Part shown: one piece after another, positions 1 to 10,171 of the stretch
How positions within the stretch are numbered: the first letter of the stretch is position 1
How the letters are laid out: every line of letters starts with the position of its first letter
DNA from: an uncultured candidate division Zixibacteria bacterium
GTDB lineage: Bacteria; Zixibacteria; MSB-5A5; UBA10806
Direction of reading: 5' to 3'
Assembly: GCA_963801605.1 (NCBI GenBank)
Contig: CAWDFP010000007.1
Location: 64,001 to 128,000 of the forward strand
Length of the DNA: 64,000 bases
The notes under the pieces: model-generated
Seen by the model: the letters and a program-made list of their open reading frames with translations, nothing else
Database searches by the model: none
What the model was told of the DNA's origin: nothing
Made by a program: the position numbers and the translations under genes

Positions 1-521
1 AGGCTCTTCGCGAGTGCGAAGGTGAGCTTCTCCGTTATGGCGGACACAAATACGCCGCCGGGCTTTCTATTCTCCCCGAGAAGATCGATTCGTTCCGGCA
101 AGCGTTGAATGTGGTTTCAGCCCGCATGCTCTCCGATGAAGACCTTATCCCCAAACTCGATATCGATGCCGAGCTTGATCTCGAAAAAATCAACGATGAT
201 CTGGTTGTTACTCTGGAGAAGTTTTCACCCTTTGGACCAATGAATATGCGTCCTGTTTTTGTCAGTTATGGCGCCGAGATCGTCGGATCACCTCATGTGG
301 TTGGTAATAATCATCTGCGGTTCCGAGTCAGAAAAGGCAACAAAGTCCTCGATTGTATCGGATTTAACCTCGGCGATTTCCTGAAAAATATGACTTATCA
401 TCCGCTTTTGGTGGATATCGCCTATGTTCTCGAACACAACTACTGGAACGGCTCCAACCGCATTCAGCTCAGACTAAAGGCTGTTCGCTTGACCGGGCAA
501 ACTCATATTACCTCGGGCTAA
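1..521 (+). CDS. recJ: Single-stranded DNA exonuclease RecJ, C-terminal part (truncated by window)
   Basis: Frame open from base 3: ALRECEGELLRYGGHKYAAGLSI (DHHA1 GGH..AAG), PFGPMNMRPVF, C-terminal OB-type region. Confidence 0.9.
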   Translation, partial: ALRECEGELLRYGGHKYAAGLSILPEKIDSFRQALNVVSARMLSDEDLIPKLDIDAELDLEKINDDLVVTLEKFSPFGPMNMRPVFVSYGAEIVGSPHVVGNNHLRFRVRKGNKVLDCIGFNLGDFLKNMTYHPLLVDIAYVLEHNYWNGSNRIQLRLKAVRLTGQTHITSG

Positions 522-590
522 AATCTAAGTTTAATCGGCCTTGTCGAAATCCGTATTATTCGCTCGACGTCCACTTACTCTTCAAGTCCA

Positions 591-618
591 TTGACAACCT
601 ATCATAGATTAATATAAT
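591..618 (+). promoter_or_regulatory. Sigma70-type promoter
   Basis: TTGACA-16 nt-TATAAT upstream of 696. Confidence 0.6.
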
Positions 619-695
619 ACCGCCTTAATTTAGGTCCTGGCATTGGCTAAGGTAAACGGAACCGAAACCTTAAATGTCCTGTTGTTGACAGGTAA

Positions 696-1715
696 GTGAT
701 TATGAAAACGCAGTTGTCTCATAAAGAACGAATCGAACGCCTTCTAAACGGCAAGGATATTGATCGTCCCGCAATTTCCACCTGGCGTCATTTCTATCAT
801 AGAGAAAATTCCAGTGATGATTTAGTCGAGGCCATGATCGAATTCCAGCGTAAATTCGATTGGGATTTCATGAAAATAAATCCGCGGGCTTCATATTTTG
901 TCGAGGCTTGGGGGGCCAAGTACATACAATCCCGCGAGCCTCTTGTTAAAGCTGCCAAAATCAGTCTTCCCGTAAACAAAATCGATGATTGGTCCAAAAT
1001 TAGACCGTTGACCCCAACTTCAGGTAGCCTCGGTGAGATATTGGACGCTACCCGCAAAATAGTAAAACAGGCCGCTTCTGAGGTTCATATCGTACAAACT
1101 GTCTTTTCGCCCTTATCTATCGCAGGCGACCTGGTTGACGATGGTGATGCGCATTTTGTCCGTCTGCTTCGTGACGGGCCAAAAGAGCTGCATCGCGCTC
1201 TTGAGGCGATTACCGAAACCTTCGTTGGTTTTGTGAGAGAGCTGATGTCTACCGGTATCTCCGGTATCTTTTTCGCCACTACCGAATGGGCCAGCCGCGA
1301 TCTGATTACCGAAGAGGAATACCTGGAATTTGGACCCCAATATGATCTAGAATTGTTGAAGGCAGCCCAAACCGCTGAATTCAATATTGTGCATGTCTGC
1401 AATAAGAATAATATGTTGCCCCTGATAAAAGACTATCCCGCCCCGGTTCTGAGCTGGAATCCTTACGAGCCGGGTAATCTCTCAATTCATCAGGCTGCTC
1501 AGATTTCAGATAAGATATTCTTAACTGGAATGGATCAAAACATAGCCCTTCTCAACGGGCCATCGGAGATAATAACAAAACAGATCGAGGAGGCGTTGCG
1601 TGATGCTCCCTTGGGACGGCTTATTCTTGGGCCGGGATGTGCCTTGAAAGTCAGCACTCCCGATAAACATCTTCAAACTGCGGTTGATACCGTGCAAAAA
1701 TGGAAAGAATTATGA
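696..1715 (+). CDS. Uroporphyrinogen decarboxylase (URO-D)/MtaA-CmuA family protein
   Basis: ERIERLL..DRPAISTWRHF, QTVFSPL, HVC, ILGPGC motifs. Confidence 0.75.
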   Translation: MIMKTQLSHKERIERLLNGKDIDRPAISTWRHFYHRENSSDDLVEAMIEFQRKFDWDFMKINPRASYFVEAWGAKYIQSREPLVKAAKISLPVNKIDDWSKIRPLTPTSGSLGEILDATRKIVKQAASEVHIVQTVFSPLSIAGDLVDDGDAHFVRLLRDGPKELHRALEAITETFVGFVRELMSTGISGIFFATTEWASRDLITEEEYLEFGPQYDLELLKAAQTAEFNIVHVCNKNNMLPLIKDYPAPVLSWNPYEPGNLSIHQAAQISDKIFLTGMDQNIALLNGPSEIITKQIEEALRDAPLGRLILGPGCALKVSTPDKHLQTAVDTVQKWKEL

Positions 1716-2185
1716 AAGACGAATTTCTATCCGGATTGTCTGCTGAACAAATACTTGAATTAGCCGATGATTTTATCAAAACCGCTACCAATTCTCATTC
1801 TGCTATGGAAAGCATAGTCAGCTTGTTGAAAGCAAGTATACCGCATTATAATTGGGTCGGTTTTTATCTATTAAATGATGGCAACATGCTTGAGCTAGGG
1901 CCGTTTCGAGGCGAGCCGTCGCCTCACGCGGTTATTCCAGTCGAAAGCGGAATTTGTGGCGCTGCGGTCCGCGAGAAACAAACTATTATCGTTCCTGACG
2001 TAAATGCTGATCCTCGATTTCTGGCCTGCTCGCTATGTACCCGTTCTGAAATTGTAGTCCCTATCAAACGCGGCGACGATGTGCTTGGCGAAATTGATAT
2101 CGATTCCGATACGCCGGACGCTTTCAAGGATCAGGATCGATTATTGCTGGAATCGATTGCGATGAAAATCGCTGATATCCTATAG
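1712..2185 (+). CDS. GAF-domain protein, free methionine-R-sulfoxide reductase-like
   Basis: NWVGFY, LGPFRG, GICG, ACS..RSEIVVP, EIDIDS motifs. Confidence 0.8.
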   Translation: MKDEFLSGLSAEQILELADDFIKTATNSHSAMESIVSLLKASIPHYNWVGFYLLNDGNMLELGPFRGEPSPHAVIPVESGICGAAVREKQTIIVPDVNADPRFLACSLCTRSEIVVPIKRGDDVLGEIDIDSDTPDAFKDQDRLLLESIAMKIADIL

Positions 2186-2417
2186 TCAATATTTATCCCA
2201 CTAATCATAACTCGTATAAATGATGCCATGATTCTGCGTGTCCCGAATTTTAATCGAGGCCTTTCGGTCTAATAAATCGAAAGCAGGAAATCTAATTGGG
2301 GCTGGGTCCCCCTTCAATCTGGGTGAGATGCTTTCTGAGGTTCCTTGCACAGAAGTAAGCATACTTTTGGCCACAATGCTCTTGCCGGAAATGACGGCTT
2401 TCTCTATATTCAACCTC

Positions 2418-2504
2418 GGAGAGGTGCCTGAGCGGTCGAAAGGGGCGGTCTCGAAAACCGTTGAGCCTGTGAGGGCTCCCAGGGTTCGAATCCCTGCCTC
2501 TCCG
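2418..2504 (+). tRNA. tRNA-Ser(CGA)
   Basis: GGAGAGG/CCTCTCC acceptor stem, anticodon loop CTCGAAA, long variable arm, GGTTCGAATCC; CCA not encoded. Confidence 0.95.
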
Positions 2505-2631
2505 GATTGAATCGTCACAAGTATTAAGTATATGTTTATTTGAATATGATTGACCTTTTCGCATTTCGCATTATCTTAACAATCGTAGTAAGTTTTGATT
2601 ACTATTAGCAATACGCTTAAGGGAGGATGTT

Positions 2632-3078
2632 ATGGGGTTTGTGGATGATCTGACAAAAACGCAGGCCGAAGTACTCGAGGCTATTGACGGCCTTACCGCC
2701 GAGGAAATGACCCGGGAAAACGCCATTGGAAAATGGTCGGTTAGGGATATTATCCTGCACATGGCTATGTGGGATGGCGAGGCTCTCAAAGGTTTTGCTA
2801 TCTGGCGAACCGGCCACGACGTTGATTGGGCTTATACCGAAAGTTATCTCAAGTTCAACGAATTCTGGCATGAAAATCTTAAGAAACTTTCATTAAATCA
2901 AGTTATTCAAATGTTCAATCTGACACGCCACGCCCTTATTAACGATATCTCAGCCGTATCTGCCGAGGTTTGGGAAAAGCGCGGTGGTATTCCGTCCTGG
3001 CTGCCGGGCATAATAATAAAGCATGGGAATCATCATATTGAGAAACTTCAGGCCTATAAAAAATCGTTAAGTAAGTAG
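2632..3078 (+). CDS. DinB/YfiT-like protein
   Basis: GKWSVRDIILHM and C-terminal HxxHH. Confidence 0.8.
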   Translation: MGFVDDLTKTQAEVLEAIDGLTAEEMTRENAIGKWSVRDIILHMAMWDGEALKGFAIWRTGHDVDWAYTESYLKFNEFWHENLKKLSLNQVIQMFNLTRHALINDISAVSAEVWEKRGGIPSWLPGIIIKHGNHHIEKLQAYKKSLSK

Positions 3079-3170
3079 CAAATTAACCGATTGTTCGAAA
3101 ACCTTACTCGGAGAGCCCAATAATCGAGTCCTGAGAAATGCGGCCGATTAATACCATAACTTAAGAATAT

Positions 3171-4688
3171 ATGTTTAAGAGAATTCTTATTGCCAACAGA
3201 GGCGAAATCGCGGTCAGAATAATACGAGCTTGCCGCGATCTTAATATTACATCCATTGCAGTATTCTCGGACGCGGACCGAGCCTCTTTGCATGTCAGGC
3301 TGGCGGATGAGGCCTACCCGATTGGCCCGGCGCCATCTTTGGATTCTTATCTCGTCATGTATAAAATTATCGAGACCGCTCAAAGAGCGCATGCCGATGC
3401 TATTCATCCCGGATACGGATTTCTATCGGAAAACGCTGTCTTTGCCGAGGCCTGTAGCCGAGCAGGTATAGTTTTCATCGGGCCGCCGCCGGATGCTATC
3501 AGAACTTTAGGTGATAAAATGGCCGCGCGCAAGATGATGAAACAAGCCGGTGTCCCGATCGTTCCCGGTACCGAGGACCCCATTGAGGATGAAATCGGTA
3601 CAATCAAGATTGCCGAGTGGATCGGTTACCCGATTCTGATAAAGGCCGCTGCGGGCGGTGGCGGTAAAGGGATGAGGGTGGTAAATGAAAAGTCGGAAAT
3701 TAAATCGGCGGTGCGTGCGGCGCGATCCGAGGCTAAATCGGCTTTTGGCGATGATCGCATTTATGTCGAAAAATATCTACCGCGTCCCCGTCACATCGAA
3801 ATTCAGATTATTGCTGATGCCCATGGTAATTATGTCTATCTCGGCGAACGCGAATGTTCAATCCAACGCCGTCACCAAAAGGTTATTGAGGAAGCTCCCA
3901 GCCCGCTCGTGGACAGCGCCATGCGGGCTAAAATGGGCAAGGCCGCTGTATCGGCCGCCCGCATTGCCGGATATGTTAATGCCGGCACGATTGAGTTTTT
4001 GGCTGACGACAAAAAGAATTTCTATTTTTTGGAGGTCAATACCCGACTGCAGGTTGAACATCCGGTAACGGAGCTTGTAACGGGGATCGATCTGGCGGTT
4101 GAGCAAATCAGAATAGCCGCGGGGGAGAAGTTATCATTCGATCAATCTGATATCGAAATAAAAGGCCACGCCCTCGAATGCCGTATTTACGCCGAGGACG
4201 CCTCATCCAGTTTTTTACCGTCTACGGGCAATATCAGCTTCTATCAGGAACCTGGAGGGCCCGGCGTGCGAGTCGATTCCGGTGTTTATGAAGGCGCCGA
4301 AATTTCGGTATATTACGATCCCATGATCGCCAAACTTTTGTCTTATGGAAAAGACCGCTCTCAGGCCATTGCCAGAATGCTTCGCGCCCTGAATGAATTT
4401 CATATAGCGGGAGTGACCACCAATATTAACTTCCATAAGACTATCTTAAGTCATCCTGAGTTTGTAGCGGGACATCTTACCACTCGGTTTATTGAACACT
4501 ATTATAAGCCCGCTGACGAAACTTCGGAGCCTTTATTGAATTCCATTGCCCTGGCTGCTGCCTTGGCCGAACATCAGACTCGCACTAAATTCTCTGCGTC
4601 CGTAAATCTCAAACAGCAGACATCTAAGTGGAAATCTAGCAATCGGTTACAGGCATTTAATAATGTATCGCATAAAGGCTGGAAATGA
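3171..4688 (+). CDS. accC: Biotin carboxylase subunit of acyl-CoA carboxylase
   Basis: ILIANRGEIA, HPGYGFLSEN, GGGGKGMR, RECSIQRRHQK, EVNTRLQVEH. Confidence 0.92.
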   Translation: MFKRILIANRGEIAVRIIRACRDLNITSIAVFSDADRASLHVRLADEAYPIGPAPSLDSYLVMYKIIETAQRAHADAIHPGYGFLSENAVFAEACSRAGIVFIGPPPDAIRTLGDKMAARKMMKQAGVPIVPGTEDPIEDEIGTIKIAEWIGYPILIKAAAGGGGKGMRVVNEKSEIKSAVRAARSEAKSAFGDDRIYVEKYLPRPRHIEIQIIADAHGNYVYLGERECSIQRRHQKVIEEAPSPLVDSAMRAKMGKAAVSAARIAGYVNAGTIEFLADDKKNFYFLEVNTRLQVEHPVTELVTGIDLAVEQIRIAAGEKLSFDQSDIEIKGHALECRIYAEDASSSFLPSTGNISFYQEPGGPGVRVDSGVYEGAEISVYYDPMIAKLLSYGKDRSQAIARMLRALNEFHIAGVTTNINFHKTILSHPEFVAGHLTTRFIEHYYKPADETSEPLLNSIALAAALAEHQTRTKFSASVNLKQQTSKWKSSNRLQAFNNVSHKGWK

Positions 4689-5185
4689 TCTATCTGATCA
4701 CCATTGGCGATAAAAAATACGAAATTTCTATCGACGGCGATCTCTCGTCGATAAAGATTAATAACCGGGACGTTAACGTTGATTATCGTCTACTAAGAGG
4801 CGGTAAGCTGCATTCAATTCTTGCCAATCATATCGGTCATGAATTTGCCTTAACGCGTACTGATGGTGGTTTCGAGGCCTGGCACGGTTCCCGGCAATTG
4901 CATATCGAAGTTAGCGATGAAAAAACCGAACGATTTAAAAGCCTGATGGGTGGTATTAAAGGCGCGGCCAGGGCCGAATCGCTTAAAGCCCCAATGCCCG
5001 GTTTAATCCTGAAAGTCGAAATCGAAGTTGGACAGAGTATCAAGAAGGGGGATGGGCTTATCATTATCGAGGCTATGAAAATGGAAAATGAATTGAAAGC
5101 CCATAGTTCCGGTATTATCAAAGAAATCAAAGTAAAGCCCGGCCAGCCCGTCGAAAAGAATCAGGTTCTGATAGTTTTTGAGTGA
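4685..5185 (+). CDS. Biotin carboxyl carrier protein
   Basis: APMPG and EAMKMENE biotinylation motif. Confidence 0.92.
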   Translation: MIYLITIGDKKYEISIDGDLSSIKINNRDVNVDYRLLRGGKLHSILANHIGHEFALTRTDGGFEAWHGSRQLHIEVSDEKTERFKSLMGGIKGAARAESLKAPMPGLILKVEIEVGQSIKKGDGLIIIEAMKMENELKAHSSGIIKEIKVKPGQPVEKNQVLIVFE

Positions 5186-5331
5186 TCCTTTAGTTCTTCA
5201 TGCTAATTTAATCACATATAGATATTTTGCGAAATATTATTTAATTCACTTCTTGACTTGTAATATCCGAAGCAATATTTTATGCGAAAATTAATATAGA
5301 ATTCGCGAAAACATTTTTAAAGGAGGAGGAC

Positions 5332-5934
5332 GTGAAACGTTTCATTCTAACATTAAGCATTATAGCGGTCGGCTTGATGCTTGTTAGCCCCGCTATAGCT
5401 CAGGATACGAAGAAAGCCCCTACCCAGGAAGAAATGATGGCGTCTTACATGAAGTATGCGACTCCAGGGCCATTCCATAAATATCTGGATCCGTTGGTTG
5501 GCAGTTGGGATTGCACCGCTACGATGTGGGAAGACCCCAGCGCTCCGCCATCGGTATCCAAAGCCACCAGCGAAAAGAAATGGGTGCTTGGCGGACGGTT
5601 TGTTCAGGAGGATGCCTCTGGTGAGATGAATGGGATGCCCTTCCACGGTATTGGCATGACCGGTTATGATAATATATCCAAAAAGTTTAACTTTATCTGG
5701 TTGGATGAAATGGCAACCTCAATGATGTATATAACCGGCGACTGTGATTCTACCGGCAAAGTTATTACCATGTTCGGAAACTACACCGATCCCATGTCCA
5801 ACATGCAGGAAAAGAAATTCAAATCGGTCTTACGCATCATCGATAACGATCATCATGCTTTTGAAATGTACAACATCGGACCCGACGGTAAAGATGTCAA
5901 AACTTTCGAACTCGCTTACACTCGCAAAAAATAG
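5332..5934 (+). CDS. Exported DUF1579-family protein
   Basis: Signal peptide, TPGPFH..L..LVGSW, GGRF, GYDN..W.D.M; strong AGGAGG RBS. Confidence 0.8.
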   Translation: MKRFILTLSIIAVGLMLVSPAIAQDTKKAPTQEEMMASYMKYATPGPFHKYLDPLVGSWDCTATMWEDPSAPPSVSKATSEKKWVLGGRFVQEDASGEMNGMPFHGIGMTGYDNISKKFNFIWLDEMATSMMYITGDCDSTGKVITMFGNYTDPMSNMQEKKFKSVLRIIDNDHHAFEMYNIGPDGKDVKTFELAYTRKK

Positions 5935-5971
5935 TATATCGAATAAAATCCGGTAAACGATAGTTCCTGAT

Positions 5972-6022
5972 TCGGCCCGAAGACCCGTCTTATACTAACG
6001 GGATTTCCGGGCCGATTTGTTT
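5972..6022 (+). terminator. Hairpin after DUF1579 gene
   Basis: TCGGCCCG...CGGGCCGA with inner CCCGT/ACGGG, followed by T-rich tail. Confidence 0.55.
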
Positions 6023-6161
6023 CTAAAATTAATAGAAATATTTCCTTAATTAATTAGCCTTTCCATACCCACTTTTGTTTGAACTTAGTACGCCCAATCT
6101 TAGTTATTAAAAACAAATATCAATAAGAACGATTCATCCTTAATAGAGAATTCGAGGATAT

Positions 6162-7643
6162 ATGGCAGTCAAAGATAGACCGAAAACTCTTGGAGAGTTG
6201 AGAAAAACGGGATGGCACAGCAAGTCAGTAAAAGAGGAGTTGCGTCAAAACCTTCTTAAAAGGATAAAATCCGGCAAACCGATTTTCGACGGCATAATCG
6301 GTTACGAGAGAACCGTGGTGCCTCAACTCGAAAATGCCATTCTTTCAAAACATAATTTTATTCTCCTGGGGTTGCGTGGCCAGGCCAAAAGCCGGATCAT
6401 CAGGCAGCTTTTCACTTTGCTTGACGACTTTATCCCGATTATTCCCGGAACGCTTCTGAACGAGGACCCTCTCAACCCGATTTCGCCCAAAGGAAAGAGA
6501 ATGGTGGATGAGTGCGGCGACTCAATGCAGATCGAATGGCTTCCGGCCGAGGCGCGGTATCATGAAAAACTGGCAACACCCGATGTTTCAATCGCCGATC
6601 TCATTGGTGATATAGACCCCATCAAGGCTGCCCGCGAAAAACTGGATATCTCGAATGAGGAAGTTATCCATTGGGGTATAGTTCCCCGCACCAACCGCGG
6701 AATATTTGCCATTAATGAGCTTCCTGACTTGCAGCCCCGTATCCAGGTTGGCTTGCTTAATATTCTTGAGGAAAACGATATTCAGGTCAGAGGATTTCCG
6801 CTTCGGGTGCCGCTTGACATGCTTCTGGTTTTTACCGCCAACCCCGAGGATTATACCAACCGCGGTAATATCATAACCCCGCTCAAAGATAGAATCGATT
6901 CGCAAATCATCACCCATTATCCGCGTTCTATCGATGAGGGCAAGCGCATTACCGAGCATGAGATCACGCATAAAGGTGTAGGGGCCGCTATTCCGGAATT
7001 CATTCGCGACTTGATTGAAGAGGTTTCTTTCCAGGCCAGGTCCAGCGAATTTGTCAATCAGGCATCCGGTGTATCGGCCAGGGTCTCGATTTCTGCCTAT
7101 GAGAATTTCCTGTCGAATATCGAGCGCCGTGTTCTCATAAACAACGACAATGACTACTTCCCCAGAATGTGCGATATCTATTCAATTATCCCCTCGATAA
7201 CCGGAAAGATCGAACTGGTATATGAGGGCGAGCAGGAAGGCTCGGTGCTGGTTAGTTATAATTTGATTGGCGCTGCGATTAAGAGCGTATTTTCGAGATA
7301 TTTTCCCAAACCCATCAAGGATAAAAGCCGGATGGATAAGGGAGAGGATGATAATCCGTTCGAGGCGATCACTGATTACTTTTCATCGGGAAAGAAGCTC
7401 GAGCTGTCTGATTATATGCCGTTTCCCGAATATAAAAAACGGTTGGAGGCTGTCAGCGGTTTGCGGCAGGTAATCACAAAATATTTCAACACCGATAACG
7501 ATCGTGAATTCCTGTTGCGCATGGAGTTTGTGCTTGAGGCGCTGCATCAAAACAATATGATTTCACGCGAGGTTCATGACGCTGTTATTCAATACTCCGA
7601 TCTATTCTCCAAGATGCTTAGCGGCATGGGAGGCCTGCAATGA
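6162..7643 (+). CDS. AAA+ ATPase (Mg-chelatase/MoxR-like), partner of the vWA protein
   Basis: Walker A GLRGQAKS, INELPDL, TANPEDYTNRG, LKDR. Confidence 0.85.
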   Translation: MAVKDRPKTLGELRKTGWHSKSVKEELRQNLLKRIKSGKPIFDGIIGYERTVVPQLENAILSKHNFILLGLRGQAKSRIIRQLFTLLDDFIPIIPGTLLNEDPLNPISPKGKRMVDECGDSMQIEWLPAEARYHEKLATPDVSIADLIGDIDPIKAAREKLDISNEEVIHWGIVPRTNRGIFAINELPDLQPRIQVGLLNILEENDIQVRGFPLRVPLDMLLVFTANPEDYTNRGNIITPLKDRIDSQIITHYPRSIDEGKRITEHEITHKGVGAAIPEFIRDLIEEVSFQARSSEFVNQASGVSARVSISAYENFLSNIERRVLINNDNDYFPRMCDIYSIIPSITGKIELVYEGEQEGSVLVSYNLIGAAIKSVFSRYFPKPIKDKSRMDKGEDDNPFEAITDYFSSGKKLELSDYMPFPEYKKRLEAVSGLRQVITKYFNTDNDREFLLRMEFVLEALHQNNMISREVHDAVIQYSDLFSKMLSGMGGLQ

Positions 7644-8734
7644 AATTTGTATATTCGCAATGGGACGATGAGTTTTATCAGCATCTCAAACAACTCAGCG
7701 ACTTGATGGCGATATTTAATTATCTGCTGGTCAGAACCAACGGTGATGTTGAAGAAACTTTCAAGATCATGCAAAAACTGCAGCGCGAGGGCTTGATCGA
7801 TCCCGGTTTCGATCTCGGAGAGTTTAAGAAGCAGCTTCAGGAAAACAACATGATCCAGAATTCCCAGGCAGGCTTGAAACTGACCTCCAAGGGCGAGCAG
7901 AGCATCCGTCAGGACGCTTTTGAACTTGTATTTAAAAAGATGAAAGGATCGGGCAAGGGCCAGCATCTTCTACCGTATGAGGGCGGCTCCAGTGACGAGT
8001 GGCTTCCTGAAAAGCGATCCTACAAATTCGGCGATAATTTTCAGGCGATTGACTATAGCGCCTCGCTCCTTAATTCAATTACCCGCAATAACGATTTCAA
8101 TTTCGATCTAAATGAAAAGGATTTGGAAGTATTCGAGTCGGAACGCACCTCGTCCTGCGCTACGGTCTTGATGATTGATATTTCTCATTCGATGATTCTC
8201 TATGGAGAGGACCGCATTACGCCTGCTAAAAAAGTGGCTATGGCATTTACGGAGCTTATACTGACTAAATATCCCAAAGACGATTTATCAGTGGTTCTTT
8301 TTGGGGATGATGCCAGGGAGGTCAAGATCAAAGACCTGCCATATATCAGCGTCGGGCCGTTCTATACCAATACTCAGGCCGGTTTGCGATTGGCCAGACA
8401 AATCCTTATGACAAAAAAGCATGTTAATAAACAAATCTTTATGATAACCGACGGCAAACCATCGATGATTATTCGTGCCAATGGTCAGATATATCGAAAT
8501 CCTGCCGGGCTGGATCCTATGATTGTAAATCGTACGCTTGATGAAGCGGTTATCTGCCGTAAAAAGAAAATTACGATTACCACTTTTATGGTTACCGACG
8601 ATTCATACCTGCAAACTTTCGTTCAAAAACTGACCGAGCTTAACAAGGGACGAGCTTACTTTTCGTCGGTTGATAACCTTGGCAGTTATATTCTTTGGGA
8701 TTTTGTATCCAACCGCAGAAAAAAGTATAGCTAA
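7640..8734 (+). CDS. vWA-domain protein
   Basis: MIDAS motif DISHS, YTNT, ITDG; ATGA overlap with the ATPase gene. Confidence 0.85.
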   Translation: MKFVYSQWDDEFYQHLKQLSDLMAIFNYLLVRTNGDVEETFKIMQKLQREGLIDPGFDLGEFKKQLQENNMIQNSQAGLKLTSKGEQSIRQDAFELVFKKMKGSGKGQHLLPYEGGSSDEWLPEKRSYKFGDNFQAIDYSASLLNSITRNNDFNFDLNEKDLEVFESERTSSCATVLMIDISHSMILYGEDRITPAKKVAMAFTELILTKYPKDDLSVVLFGDDAREVKIKDLPYISVGPFYTNTQAGLRLARQILMTKKHVNKQIFMITDGKPSMIIRANGQIYRNPAGLDPMIVNRTLDEAVICRKKKITITTFMVTDDSYLQTFVQKLTELNKGRAYFSSVDNLGSYILWDFVSNRRKKYS

Positions 8735-8812
8735 AGTTATAATTAGCTTAAAATGAAAACGGCTGCATTCAATAACACAGCCGTTATTTCTTATAACCTG
8801 CAATTGCTTTTA

Positions 8813-10171
8813 TTACTTCTCGGCAATACCCGATTCGCTCTGGAGTCCCTTTAACTTTTCTCGAAGAGTTTTTCTATCGATCCCCAGAATTTCGGCCGCC
8901 CTGGTTTTGTTGCCATCGACACTGGCGAGCACATTCTGAATGTATTCGGTCTCGACTTCGGCTAAAGTGCGATCCAGGCCGGTTTCCCTCATTGCTGAAA
9001 AACGCATGTTGGATGGCAGATCGGGGGCATCGATTACGCCGCTATCGGACATTACCGCCAAACGCTGCATTAAATTTTCAAGCTCCCGCACGTTACCCGG
9101 CCAGTCGTAGCGCCGCAGTATATCCAATGCTTTATCTGTAAATTGTGGTTGAGCCTTGCCGAATTCCGATGCAAACTTGGCCGCGAAATGCCGAACTAAG
9201 AGCAAAATATCTTCTTCACGTTCCCTGAGTGGCGGGATATTTATCGTAATCACCGAAAGTCGAAAATAGAGGTCTTCCCGGAATGTCCCCTTTTTAACCA
9301 AACTCTGTAAGTCCTTATTTGTTGCCACCACAACCCTGACATCGACCTTTCGCGGTTTGGTGTCTCCAACCATGCAGACTTCTTTATCCTGTAGAACTCG
9401 GAGCAGCTTAACCTGCATCGATGGACTGGTTTCGCCAATCTCATCGAGAAATATCGTGCCGCCGTCGGCTGTCTGAAAAAAACCGGCTCTCGAATCGCTA
9501 GCGCCCGTAAAAGCCCCTTTGATATGGCCAAACAGCTCACTTTCTAATAAGCCTTCCGGAATTGCGCCGCAATTTATTGGCACGAATGGGGCCGAGCCGC
9601 GAGGGCTCGCGTAATGAATTGCTCTGGCGACAAGTTCCTTACCCGTGCCGCTTTCGCCGGTTAGCAGAACGGTAGCCGACGTAGCCGCCGATTTGGATAT
9701 GGCCTCAAAAATCTTTTGCATCGCTTCCGAATTGCCCAAAAGCCCGTGCGATGGCGATTTTATTTTGCTCTGAGTGGCGTTCATTGACCGCCGGAGTCTA
9801 AGTTTTTCCAGGGCGCGTTCCACCGCCGAAAAAAGCTCCTCTTCGGTAAAGGGTTTTGCCAGGTAATCCTCGGCGCCGCTTCTAACGGCTTCAACCGCCC
9901 CCTCGATTGAAGCATAACCGGTCATCATCATGATCTCGGTGTCCCTGAGATTTTCGCGGACATGCTTAATGAGATCGAGTCCACTTACGCGGGGCATTTT
10001 TAGATCGGTTATTATTAGATCGACTGCTCCCGATTCCAGAATCTTAAGTGCCTCGGCCACGCTGGAGGCTACATACACTTCGTAACCTTGCGACGACAGA
10101 TTCCTGCGTAAAACCTCGAGCGTATCGGGTGCATCATCGACAACAAGTATTTTCTCGTTTCTATCAGTCAT
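8813..10171 (-). CDS. Sigma54-dependent response regulator (NtrC family)
   Basis: REC domain, GESGTGKE, GAFTGA, WPGNVREL, Fis-type HTH. Confidence 0.95.
   Translation of the reverse strand: MTDRNEKILVVDDAPDTLEVLRRNLSSQGYEVYVASSVAEALKILESGAVDLIITDLKMPRVSGLDLIKHVRENLRDTEIMMMTGYASIEGAVEAVRSGAEDYLAKPFTEEELFSAVERALEKLRLRRSMNATQSKIKSPSHGLLGNSEAMQKIFEAISKSAATSATVLLTGESGTGKELVARAIHYASPRGSAPFVPINCGAIPEGLLESELFGHIKGAFTGASDSRAGFFQTADGGTIFLDEIGETSPSMQVKLLRVLQDKEVCMVGDTKPRKVDVRVVVATNKDLQSLVKKGTFREDLYFRLSVITINIPPLREREEDILLLVRHFAAKFASEFGKAQPQFTDKALDILRRYDWPGNVRELENLMQRLAVMSDSGVIDAPDLPSNMRFSAMRETGLDRTLAEVETEYIQNVLASVDGNKTRAAEILGIDRKTLREKLKGLQSESGIAEK

Noticed and set aside
620..695. Riboswitch in the URO-D-like leader
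   Set aside because: Only short stems (TAAGGT/ACCTTA, CCTGT/ACAGG); no cobalamin or c-di-GMP consensus
2201..2564. Short ORFs over tRNA-Ser (also 50189-50389 over tRNA-His)
   Set aside because: Shadow translations of tRNA genes
6700..6730. Asn in the Walker B (INELPDL) as an inactive ATPase
   Set aside because: As far as I recall, this variant is normal for this AAA+/vWA-linked family
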